64,000 nucleotides of DNA from a virus (Duplodnaviria; Caudoviricetes), in the IMG/VR virus record IMGVR_UViG_3300042291_001013; one strand, written 5' to 3'. This document shows positions 1 to 8,419 of the stretch, in pieces; the first letter of the stretch is position 1, and each line of letters opens with the position of its first letter. A program made the translations under genes and the position numbers. Under the pieces are notes generated by a model. It worked only from the letters and a program-made list of their open reading frames with translations, did no database searches and was not told the origin of the DNA.

Positions 1-1653
1 GTCGTATCTCAACATAAACTGCCTTAGCCGGTCGAACATGTTATTATACTGCTTTTCTACATGCAAGTTCAAGATAGTTCGGTGAATTAAGTTCCATCCG
101 TGTATCTCAATTCCGCCAATGTTGGGGTGGCGAATCTGTCCTTGCGTCATCCAATTGGAAAAATACTGGCGCACTTCAGTTTGTTCTTTGACAAACCAAG
201 GATCCTTTTGCAAGTATTCAAACAGGTCTTCATAGAACTCACTGTAGTCAACTTCACAGTACTTGTTGACCAATCTGCTGAGCAAGGTGCTAACACCATT
301 GATGTGGAATGTGTTGATGTACCAAGAGAAAATCTCAGCATCCAACATAGTTTCAAAAGGCAAGTCCTTGGTTGACGTAATAATGTCAATGCCTTCTTCA
401 ATGTGTTCGTTTGAGTATGATCCTGAGAAATAGTCAGTCACACGTTGTGATCCAATTTTGAACAATTTTTTCTGGAGCAGATTCATCTCTGCATTTTCCA
501 ACAACTGTGCTTGGAACACTGTAAGGCCTGTGTGGTTGCCCATGCGGAACAGTTTCCAAAAATTGTCTTTCCAACTTTGCAAACTTTCGCCAGGTAATCC
601 TAGAATCAGTTCTGTATAAGTTGGAATGTTACGTTGTTCGCACAGCTCAAACACTTCTTCCAACTTGTTCATTTCCATGTTTTTTCTACGGATATTTTCC
701 AAGACGTCAACATCAAGACTCTGTACTGATAACGTAAGACCTTGGTTGAATCCTGGAGCATCAAGAAGTTTCTTGACAATGTCCACAACTTCTTTCTTTT
801 GGTTCTTTGCCCACGCCACACTGAAAGTTTTTGGGTAGCCGTACTTGCTTTGTATTTCAATAATCTTGTCTGCAATAAGGTTATCACGCTGGGGGAACAT
901 ACCAAAGTTTGCATCAGTGATACTGATAAACCCACACCGGTGTGTTGCCATCCATTCCAGTTCATCATAAACTCTTTGTGCATCAAAGTGTTTGACTTTG
1001 TTGTAGGTCAAACTGCCCCAGTCACAGAATGTACATGCAAACGGACAACCACGATTGGTTTCCAATGTACCGTTCCATTCAACGTCGGGATTTTCAGCAA
1101 CAATCTTGTCAAACACGCCTGACAAGTAAGGGCTGGGAATGTCTTCCAGGGCTTCGATACGTTTGGCATCACCAGTGTTGACTGCTTCACCATCTCGATT
1201 GACCAGCAGGCCAGGAATTTCTTCCCAGTTCTTGTCTTCAAACGCTCGGATAACTTTGCGGAATGTGATTTCGCCTTCAAAGCAAATCACAAGATCCATG
1301 TAGGATTCTTTACGGAACAGATCTTTGTCGGTGACGGCAGGTTCGGGCCCACCAAATACAATCAAACAGTTGGGGTTGCGTTCCTTGACCAGTCGAGCCA
1401 AGGTATAGTTGTACTGATGGTTCCACACATAGGTACTAAATGCCACAACATCGTTTTGCGCAAGTTTTTCAGCCAAGGGCTCCACAGCGTCTCTGCGCCA
1501 TACTATATCAGTACACTCAAAGTTTTCTTTGACCCAGGGATCGGTTAGCGCATAACTCCAAATTACTCCTGCCGAATAGGGCAGATAATGAGCGTTGAGC
1601 TCTTTGGGGCCTTGTTGAAAGTTGGGTTGTACCCATGCAATTTTGTATGTCAT
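1..1653 (-). CDS. B12-binding domain radical SAM protein (3' end truncated by window edge)
   Basis: Missing from ORF track because it runs off the window; hand-translated from ATG at 1653: MTYKIAWVQPNFQQGPKE...VAFSTYVWN...IVFGGPEP (cobalamin-binding domain) ...ETNRGCPFACTFCDWG (CxxxCxxC)...ITDANFG; open through base 1. Confidence 0.85.
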   Translation of the reverse strand, partial: MTYKIAWVQPNFQQGPKELNAHYLPYSAGVIWSYALTDPWVKENFECTDIVWRRDAVEPLAEKLAQNDVVAFSTYVWNHQYNYTLARLVKERNPNCLIVFGGPEPAVTDKDLFRKESYMDLVICFEGEITFRKVIRAFEDKNWEEIPGLLVNRDGEAVNTGDAKRIEALEDIPSPYLSGVFDKIVAENPDVEWNGTLETNRGCPFACTFCDWGSLTYNKVKHFDAQRVYDELEWMATHRCGFISITDANFGMFPQRDNLIADKIIEIQSKYGYPKTFSVAWAKNQKKEVVDIVKKLLDAPGFNQGLTLSVQSLDVDVLENIRRKNMEMNKLEEVFELCEQRNIPTYTELILGLPGESLQSWKDNFWKLFRMGNHTGLTVFQAQLLENAEMNLLQKKLFKIGSQRVTDYFSGSYSNEHIEEGIDIITSTKDLPFETMLDAEIFSWYINTFHINGVSTLLSRLVNKYCEVDYSEFYEDLFEYLQKDPWFVKEQTEVRQYFSNWMTQGQIRHPNIGGIEIHGWNLIHRTILNLHVEKQYNNMFDRLRQFMLRYD

Positions 1654-1660
1654 CAGCTAT

Positions 1661-2494
1661 TTACGCTTTTGTTTTGTGTGGGTTGGCAAACTGCACCATT
1701 TGGCTATTAACGTCGTTTTCGGCTAATCTTTGCCAGGGATCTTGTGTGCCTTTAAAAATGTTTTCAAAGAATTCTATGCTTATACCAACTGAACGCATGT
1801 ATGTGGCCAGTTTGGCACAGTCTCGGTGCCGCAAATCAATTTGTTGCACACTGTGGAAATCTCTAGGATCATCAGGCTTGCCTTCCAGCATGGGACGATT
1901 TTGAAAGATTTCGTCCCCGTTGTTGCCAGTAAGATCAAAGCGATCATGCAACACTTCAACGTTGATACGTTGATAGATGTCCAGCATGTAAGCGGTTTGA
2001 CTAACCCAACCATCCTGTGTGGGATGTGGGCTGATGTAACCAAGAATATCGTACCACTTGCGCGGTACAATAGGAAAGATGCTGTAAGGGTGCATGCGAT
2101 GAGTTTTGAAGCTCAACAGTTTGAACTGCCCTTCATAATTCATGATGGTAGTATCCCATCCTTTGCTTTCCATTACAGCATCATCATTCCAGATAACCAA
2201 CCAACGACTGCTACTACCCTTGGCCATGGCATTGTTGTACTTGTGCAGATTCACATAGCCCATGCGCTTGAAACGCATGGCTGTGTAGTTGACATCACGT
2301 GCGTCCATCCAAGGCTGAAGTTCATCCTTGAAATACTTGAATCCAACTTCGTCATCATCGTCAAACGCAAACATCAACTGAACACGACTGGGGTTGTCTG
2401 CCAGTTCAATCAAACTGCGAATACTGCGCCCAAGAATTTCTGTGCGACCACGTGTGGCCAACAGCATAGCAATATCGTATTTTGGTTCACTCAT
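1661..2494 (-). CDS. GT-A fold (GT2-like) glycosyltransferase
   Basis: N-terminal LLATRGR, AFDDDD, LVIWNDDA (DxD-like) pattern typical of GT2. Confidence 0.7.
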   Translation of the reverse strand: MSEPKYDIAMLLATRGRTEILGRSIRSLIELADNPSRVQLMFAFDDDDEVGFKYFKDELQPWMDARDVNYTAMRFKRMGYVNLHKYNNAMAKGSSSRWLVIWNDDAVMESKGWDTTIMNYEGQFKLLSFKTHRMHPYSIFPIVPRKWYDILGYISPHPTQDGWVSQTAYMLDIYQRINVEVLHDRFDLTGNNGDEIFQNRPMLEGKPDDPRDFHSVQQIDLRHRDCAKLATYMRSVGISIEFFENIFKGTQDPWQRLAENDVNSQMVQFANPHKTKA

Positions 2495-2505
2495 CTAAAA
2501 CTCCA

Positions 2506-3003
2506 TTATGCAAATAAATCTTCATTCCACTCACGGTGGCCTTCACGGAAAGCCATGTTAGCCTGCGTCTCACGTACTTCCACACGATAGCACCACAAAC
2601 GTTCTGCTTCGCCTGGCCCCCACAGTTCAGGAATGTAAACACCATTCACATACTTGTACAGCATGTCAGCAAGACCTTCGCAACCCAATCGAGGTAATAC
2701 TACCACTTTGGCCATGTTCCGCTCTTGAAGCAGTTTGTATGTAGCCATTTCTGGATCATCTTGTGCCACAATAAGTGTATGGTCAAACTGATCTTCCAAG
2801 GTCTTCTTGAGTTCTTTTAAACCACCATAGTCGGCAGCCCAGTTGCGCACATCTAGGTCATTGGTACCAAAGTAAAACTTCATACTGAATGAATATCCAT
2901 GGATCAAATTACAATGACTGTCTGCCCTCCACTGTCTATACGCACATGGAAATGCGTCGTGATACTCTTTGGTTGAGGTATATTTGTAAACTACTGGTTG
3001 CAT
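2506..3003 (-). CDS. queD: 6-carboxy-5,6,7,8-tetrahydropterin synthase (QueD/PTPS)
   Basis: SHCNLIHGYS, DYGGLKELK..LEDQFDH, GCEGLA motifs of QueD; AGGAG RBS. Confidence 0.88.
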   Translation of the reverse strand: MQPVVYKYTSTKEYHDAFPCAYRQWRADSHCNLIHGYSFSMKFYFGTNDLDVRNWAADYGGLKELKKTLEDQFDHTLIVAQDDPEMATYKLLQERNMAKVVVLPRLGCEGLADMLYKYVNGVYIPELWGPGEAERLWCYRVEVRETQANMAFREGHREWNEDLFA

Positions 3004-3074
3004 GCTGTTTCTCCTATGTTAATTATAGCATAGGCTGGCAGAGTTTGTAAAGCGGGATGAAGCCAAAGACCGCT
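3004..3074 (-). ncRNA. Candidate preQ1-I-like riboswitch / structured 5' leader of queD
   Basis: Minus strand: stem AGCGG(3074-3070)/CCGCT(3055-3051), 14-nt loop starting U and ending C, tail UUACAAAC, loop UGGC complementary to downstream GCCA; then hairpin CCUAUG/CAUAGG overlapping the RBS. Confidence 0.35.
3022..3051 (-). promoter_or_regulatory. sigma70-type promoter for queD
   Basis: TTTACA-N18-TATAAT with extended -10 TG (TGCTATAAT). Confidence 0.55.
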
Positions 3075-3086
3075 GTAAAGAACTAT

Positions 3087-3950
3087 TTACCCAAGTAATT
3101 GTGCAAGCAGTTGTTCTCTAGAGCCCAACAACGCACAATCTCTAGTTCCCCAATATTGCTTGCATTGGTCTCGAATTTTTTTAATATTTGGTTCAAACAC
3201 ATCTCGATGGTACATGTATTTTGGTCTATGCACTGTGCCGTAAATTTTGGCTTTGTTTTCTTGCATGGTTAGGGCAGTATCCCATTCTGATACAAAACTG
3301 GCCATGATCTCAGCGTTCCAATAATAAAATGCCCAGGGATGTTGGTTTGGCACCAAGGTCTCTACATAGAGGTCAGCTTCTTCCATAACAAAGCCATTGT
3401 AGTTGCCCAACACTGGTCTAAGATATTCCATCTGTTCGTGGTCAGGATAGTATTCAAGTTGAAAGCCAGACACTATGTGTCCACCTAGCTTCTGCACAGT
3501 ATCCAAGATTAAACCATGCGTCACTGTGCCATAACCAAGTCGCGGTTTAATAATCGAAGTATATTGTTTTTCTGTTTTACTGTTGGCATAGTTACCCACG
3601 TCAACCACAAGAGGTTTTATGTTGTTTTTCTTGCACCATTGTTGCGCCCACCACATTTCTAATTTTTGATCATTGTGGCGAGTTGCATCGTATGTTATCA
3701 AGATTGGGGTAAACGGAATACCCATGCGCAAAAACGTGTTGGCAACGTTTTCACTGTCACTGCCACCACTCATGGTAATGTATAAATTTTTATGTGTGCT
3801 ATATATTTCTTCGGCCACGCGGTCGCAAGCAGTGTTAAAGGGCAAGAGCTCTTTGGCCCGGCTGTTGATTTTGACTGCAATGTTTTCAGGACCTTGTCTA
3901 GTAGGTAGTCCGTCCCAGGATAAATCAATCCAGGAATCTTTACAGAGCAT
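3087..3950 (-). CDS. PP-loop (adenine nucleotide alpha-hydrolase) protein, possible atypical QueC-like enzyme
   Basis: LYITMSGGSDSE = SGGxDS PP-loop; lacks the C-terminal Cys zinc cluster of canonical QueC. Confidence 0.6.
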   Translation of the reverse strand: MLCKDSWIDLSWDGLPTRQGPENIAVKINSRAKELLPFNTACDRVAEEIYSTHKNLYITMSGGSDSENVANTFLRMGIPFTPILITYDATRHNDQKLEMWWAQQWCKKNNIKPLVVDVGNYANSKTEKQYTSIIKPRLGYGTVTHGLILDTVQKLGGHIVSGFQLEYYPDHEQMEYLRPVLGNYNGFVMEEADLYVETLVPNQHPWAFYYWNAEIMASFVSEWDTALTMQENKAKIYGTVHRPKYMYHRDVFEPNIKKIRDQCKQYWGTRDCALLGSREQLLAQLLG

Positions 3951-4761
3951 TACGCATCCAATCTCTGTGATGTTGTTTTAATTCGTCAATGTTATCGGTA
4001 GCTGGTGCTAGAATATTTTTGGCCAACGCACGATCTTGTTCCCACGCTGTTTCCCAAACAATACTGTTGTTGCTCCAGTCCAGCATACTGTATCTGGTGT
4101 CACGATATTTGTACACCTGCACTCGGCTACCTTGTGGATCGGGCAGTGCTACTGTTACAAACAATGCACCTGGTTGCCACTCAATCATGGTACCTGGATA
4201 AACTGCCATCCAACAAGCCGACATATTGTATTTTAAGTCATCTTCGTGAAGGTATTGATTGTCTTGCACTGGTACAATTTGCAAACTGCCATTGCTGAAC
4301 AGGCTCCAGTGCAACTCTTCAACAGTGGTAATACCAATCTTGTCATACACACCCGGATGTGCTACTGGAATGTGCTCGATGTCCAAGAACACATCCATTA
4401 CAACGTTGGGTGCGGCTTGCACAATGTCTTCACGCTGTTGCATCAACTGCATGTGCTGGGTGTCAATGGGAAACACACAGTCAACATGCTGGTCAAACAA
4501 CATGGTTTGATTTGCATAACACGGCAAAGTTTCTAACTCAAGCTCATGATCAATACCTTTACCGGCTAATGAGTATTCAAGACCATGATAAGGACATTTT
4601 AAATGCTGTGTTGGCTCACAGGCAATGCGACTGTTTTGATGTGGGCAAACATTGCTGATCATGTAAAATTGATCAACATGAGCAAGACAGAGATTTTTAT
4701 TGTGTTGCTCTAACGGCTTTACAGTATGATTGGCAACATCTTGTTTGAGCGCAAGAAACAT
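3940..4761 (-). CDS. Rieske non-heme iron oxygenase (ring-hydroxylating/CntA-like alpha subunit)
   Basis: CPH-x14-CPYH Rieske motif; DVFLDIEHIPVAH mononuclear-iron motif; distal WEQD. Start moved to MFLALK at 4761 to abut upstream gene. Confidence 0.8.
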   Translation of the reverse strand: MFLALKQDVANHTVKPLEQHNKNLCLAHVDQFYMISNVCPHQNSRIACEPTQHLKCPYHGLEYSLAGKGIDHELELETLPCYANQTMLFDQHVDCVFPIDTQHMQLMQQREDIVQAAPNVVMDVFLDIEHIPVAHPGVYDKIGITTVEELHWSLFSNGSLQIVPVQDNQYLHEDDLKYNMSACWMAVYPGTMIEWQPGALFVTVALPDPQGSRVQVYKYRDTRYSMLDWSNNSIVWETAWEQDRALAKNILAPATDNIDELKQHHRDWMRNAL

Positions 4762-4762
4762 A

Positions 4763-5164
4763 TTAGGGTTGTTGGTATCCAGGTTTGTGATAGTTGGCCT
4801 GACCAGCAACGACCCCACGAACGCCGCCTACGGGATCTGCACAATCGCCCGCACGTCTTGGAATAAGATGCACATGCGGGTACATCACTGTTTGTCCAGC
4901 CACTTCACCTATATTTACACCAACGTTGAAGCCTTGGCATTGTCCAGTTTCTACCAGTTTGCGTCCAATAAGCCAAGCATTGCCCATGGCTACTAAAATA
5001 TGTTCGTCGCTGTTTTCTCGTGGCACAAACAACAAGTGGCCCTGTGTGACTGGATAACGATCCTGATACACCATGATGTGTTCGTTACACAGTTCGTCAA
5101 CTGCAAAGTCCCAAGGCGCTACGCCATTGGCCTGTGCCATTTTTAAGTTAGCATATCTTATCAT
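4763..5164 (-). CDS. HIT family nucleotide hydrolase
   Basis: YPVTQGHLLFVPR, GFNVGVNIGEVAGQTVMYPHVHLIPR. Confidence 0.88.
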   Translation of the reverse strand: MIRYANLKMAQANGVAPWDFAVDELCNEHIMVYQDRYPVTQGHLLFVPRENSDEHILVAMGNAWLIGRKLVETGQCQGFNVGVNIGEVAGQTVMYPHVHLIPRRAGDCADPVGGVRGVVAGQANYHKPGYQQP

Positions 5165-5838
5165 GAATTTCTCCGGTATATGGGTAAACAGTATTTAGAG
5201 TCATTAAAAACTGTGTGTTTAATTCTAAGTTCCATCCTGGTTTTGCCTTTGTAGATTTTGATATCCACAAGAGCAGGATCAGCTATGCTGGTCACCTGCA
5301 TGCTTTCACGATTGAATTTACAAGACTCTGCTAGATAACCAACAGGTGTGTCTTGCACTTGAAATCCAGCAATAGAACATTCCAGAGTGTCTTTGTTTCT
5401 AAATATCACCAACAAATAATAGTTTTTAATTGTCCGTGCCTTAGCGAGCCAGCCATCCACAAACATCTGCCACAGCGCCAGCTTGTCTTGTGTTCGAAAA
5501 TATTCAGCCACACGCTCAACCTGCAAGTATTGATACATGCTGGCTTCTGTGGTTGACCGTACACCCATCTGCACACTCTTGACATCAAATCCAATGTCTT
5601 CGCCGACCTGCACATCAATAATACTTTTGCCAGCACCACACCAAGTGGCACCGTCAATACTGTCAGCCACAGCATATTCCCAAAGCTCTTTGCCTAGGCT
5701 CAGTGGGCGACCTTGATCTAGATATTTTTTCAATGGCTGCAACACTGCATCCATTTCTTGTTGAAACCTAGCTACAAAGTCCTTGCCCAAGATCTGTTGT
5801 GTTTGTTCAACAGTCATTGGCACAAGACAGTAGGTCAT
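5161..5838 (-). CDS. Putative PD-(D/E)xK restriction-endonuclease-like nuclease
   Basis: GKELWE helix followed by IIDV...GFDVKS (E...D...DxK geometry). Confidence 0.45.
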   Translation of the reverse strand: MTYCLVPMTVEQTQQILGKDFVARFQQEMDAVLQPLKKYLDQGRPLSLGKELWEYAVADSIDGATWCGAGKSIIDVQVGEDIGFDVKSVQMGVRSTTEASMYQYLQVERVAEYFRTQDKLALWQMFVDGWLAKARTIKNYYLLVIFRNKDTLECSIAGFQVQDTPVGYLAESCKFNRESMQVTSIADPALVDIKIYKGKTRMELRIKHTVFNDSKYCLPIYRRNS

Positions 5839-6578
5839 CGTGGTGCAAAGTCCTGTTGTAGTTTGATATTGTCAAAGAATTCCTTCTTTACACTTTGGTC
5901 AGTTTTAAATAACCCACGGAGTACTGTTGTTTGGGTAAGACTACTGTGAGCCATAATACCACGATTCTCGCAACATCCATGGGTAGCCTGAATATAAACT
6001 GCCACATCCTTTGATCCGGTTGCAAATTCAATCTCACGAGCAATGTCCATACAGAGTTCTTCTTGTAGTGTTCCTCGTCTTGCGCACCACTGCGCGATCC
6101 GAGTGTACTTGGATAAACCAATGAGTTTGGGGCCAGCAATGATTCCAATATAAGCCACACCCGCAACAGGTTGGTGATGATGGCTACACATGCTCTTAAG
6201 CTCTGAACGCACCACAAGCATACCGTCGTATGCTCCGTCCGTATCGTTCGGGAAAGCCGTAGCATTAGGGCTCGTCTCATAACGGCCAGACATGATTTCG
6301 TTGAAGTACATTTTAGCAAGACGCCGGGCCGTGCCTTGTGAGTTTGGGTCATTTTCTCTGTCAATTAGTAGTGCGTCAAGTACACCTTCAAACGCTGTTG
6401 TGGCTTCATTGATTAGTTGCTCTTTCATTGACTCGTCAATGTACTCGCTAACGTTATCGCCAGCCCAGAATCTTTTTCCATCACGTTTGAACTTAAAGCG
6501 AAGGTGATCGCAAACTTTGCCTAGGCCGTAGCCACCGTCTCCAGCCATTGCGTCTAGTGCTGTTTCTTTATTTGTCAT
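5835..6578 (-). CDS. folE: GTP cyclohydrolase I
   Basis: TARRLAKMY, SMCSHHHQP, IGLSKYTRI, LQEEL, HGCCENRG. Confidence 0.95.
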   Translation of the reverse strand: MTNKETALDAMAGDGGYGLGKVCDHLRFKFKRDGKRFWAGDNVSEYIDESMKEQLINEATTAFEGVLDALLIDRENDPNSQGTARRLAKMYFNEIMSGRYETSPNATAFPNDTDGAYDGMLVVRSELKSMCSHHHQPVAGVAYIGIIAGPKLIGLSKYTRIAQWCARRGTLQEELCMDIAREIEFATGSKDVAVYIQATHGCCENRGIMAHSSLTQTTVLRGLFKTDQSVKKEFFDNIKLQQDFAPR

Positions 6579-6579
6579 G

Positions 6580-7167
6580 TTAGTCCTTGATAGTGATTGT
6601 TCTTAAATCTGGATAGTTAACTTGTCGAGGTGACGGGCAGTGTTCTTTAAGTCCTTCCAGCATTGCAATACCTTGTATAGCTTCTTCTGGTGTGGGCTTG
6701 TAGTGATAGCCAACTCTAAATTCTTTTTGACTAATCCAGGGTTTGATATTTAGATCACGCCCATCATACCGCATACGAATAATTGCATCGTATGCTGCCT
6801 TGTCATCTAACAGTATAGCACCTCCACGGCCTATATGTAAAGGCTTGTCATGCCCAAAACTCAGGCATTGTATCTGTCCCAGTCGATACATATTCTTTTC
6901 TAGCCTACGAGCACTATCCCAGATACGTGTGCCATGAAGACGGTACTCGCCTGTCCATTCTTCCTCTTTGTAGTAATACTTGATTCCCAATTTGTGCATG
7001 GTCATAGCAATGCTCAAATATGTGTAAGGAGTCATCACAACTTCTTTCACCCGGTCATGCCGCAAACACAGCTCAATAGCATGTGTACAGCAATCGGTCA
7101 TGACGGCATAAGGGGCACCAGTAAACTCTGCCAGTGCGTCTTCAAACTGTTTGATTTTTTCGAACAT
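6580..7167 (-). CDS. Short DegT/DnrJ/EryC1/StrS PLP-dependent sugar aminotransferase
   Basis: FEDALAEFTGAPYAV..DCCTHAIEL, DSAR, CLSFGHDKPL (PLP Lys), GRGGAIL; only 195 aa. Confidence 0.78.
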   Translation of the reverse strand: MFEKIKQFEDALAEFTGAPYAVMTDCCTHAIELCLRHDRVKEVVMTPYTYLSIAMTMHKLGIKYYYKEEEWTGEYRLHGTRIWDSARRLEKNMYRLGQIQCLSFGHDKPLHIGRGGAILLDDKAAYDAIIRMRYDGRDLNIKPWISQKEFRVGYHYKPTPEEAIQGIAMLEGLKEHCPSPRQVNYPDLRTITIKD

Positions 7168-8101
7168 ACCAATTCCATGCGTGTTGTATCATGTCATCAA
7201 GCTCAAAGTTACGCCAATGAACCAGTTTGTTAAATTTGTCTGCACAGGCAGTGAGAACAGGGGGATCGCCTTCGCGACGAGCTTCTACACCAATGTAAGG
7301 CGTTTTGCCGATGATAGTTTTTGCCTGCTTCATTACTTGTATAACACTGAACCCCTGATTTGATCCAAGGTTATAGATGCCTGCAGGAACAGTTGGAGAC
7401 AATGCCAAAACGTGTGCTTGAGCAATATCTGCAACATGTACATAATCCCTGATGCAAGTACCATCAGCAGTAGGATAGTTATCACCATATACTCTAAATT
7501 GTCCATCGTCTCTTGTGGCTTCTAAAAACCGAGCAATCAAGTGTGTGGCACCCGGTTCTTGTCCGTGCCTACCTTTGGGGTCAGCACCACAGGCATTGAA
7601 GTAGCGAAAGCTAACATAGTTTAGATTATATGCTTGGCGATAAGACTCCAACATCATATCAATCATCAACTTGCTCTCACCATAGGGACTGATAGGCAAG
7701 CAAGGATCAACTTCGTTGCAGGCATCTAGCACAGGATTGCCATAAGTTGCGGCACTGGAACTAAAAATAACTTTGCAACGTGGCAAACTACGACGTACAA
7801 CGTCCAGCAGTCGCAACGTCTTGACCACATTGTTGTTGTAGTATTCTGCAGGATCCTGCATTGACGGCCCAACAAGGCTGGTGCCAGCACAGTGGATAAT
7901 AGCATTGGGTTGTTTGCTGATAATCCAACTTAATGCCGCATCGCTAGCAAAATCTTCACGCAAGAATCCATCACAAACATCTGCCAAGTGTCGTGGCGGT
8001 GACCTACGATCAATGCCGTACACCGAGTGCCCCGAATCTTTCAATAACAGAGCAGTTTGTCCACCAATGTATCCAGCCGAGCCGGTGACAATTACATTCA
8101 T
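7142..8101 (-). CDS. galE: UDP-glucose 4-epimerase (NAD-dependent SDR)
   Basis: VIVTGSAGYIG, FSSSAATYG, PYGESK (YxxxK), FRYFNACGA, TCIRDYVHV, RREGDP; start at MNVIV. Confidence 0.92.
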   Translation of the reverse strand: MNVIVTGSAGYIGGQTALLLKDSGHSVYGIDRRSPPRHLADVCDGFLREDFASDAALSWIISKQPNAIIHCAGTSLVGPSMQDPAEYYNNNVVKTLRLLDVVRRSLPRCKVIFSSSAATYGNPVLDACNEVDPCLPISPYGESKLMIDMMLESYRQAYNLNYVSFRYFNACGADPKGRHGQEPGATHLIARFLEATRDDGQFRVYGDNYPTADGTCIRDYVHVADIAQAHVLALSPTVPAGIYNLGSNQGFSVIQVMKQAKTIIGKTPYIGVEARREGDPPVLTACADKFNKLVHWRNFELDDMIQHAWNWYVRKNQTV

Positions 8102-8281
8102 CCTTGTTTCCTTTGTGGATAATAGTAGTGGCATTCATGACGATAAGGATACCAATCTCCTGCCATGCCACCCAAGTGTTGTAACGCACACCGAGCTCGA
8201 TCTTCTGTCTCATTCATTTTGGCAATCCAAGGCGTTGCTTTTTGAGCCACAATATACTGCTTGAGATAGCTAAAACTTTGT

Positions 8282-8419
8282 TCACGAGGCAACATATCTG
8301 CCTTGACTCCTACGCCACACAACATCAAATGTATTGGGATTTAACATGACTTCCCAACCTTGAGGAATGTGCTCAGGGAACAGACTTGTTTTGCCGTTGC
8401 TGTGTTTGTATAGTTTCAT
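8282..8419 (-). CDS. Small hypothetical protein (45 aa)
   Basis: Hand-read MKLYKHSNGKTSLFPEHIPQGWEV...; ATGA overlap with upstream GT gene; TAAATA at 8441-8446. Confidence 0.5.
   Translation of the reverse strand: MKLYKHSNGKTSLFPEHIPQGWEVMLNPNTFDVVWRRSQGRYVAS

Noticed and set aside
1826-2590. Long plus-strand ORFs antisense to real genes (also 36278-37084 and many shorter ones)
   Set aside because: Shadow ORFs opposite motif-bearing genes; no RBS or promoter and no recognisable motifs.
6580-7167. DegT aminotransferase as a pseudogene because it is short
   Set aside because: Single open frame, PLP lysine motif intact, tight coupling to neighbours; no frameshift remnant seen.
8098-8328. ORFs at 8098-8328 and 8010-8213
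   Set aside because: They overlap better-supported genes and lack clear starts; what 8102-8281 encodes is unresolved.
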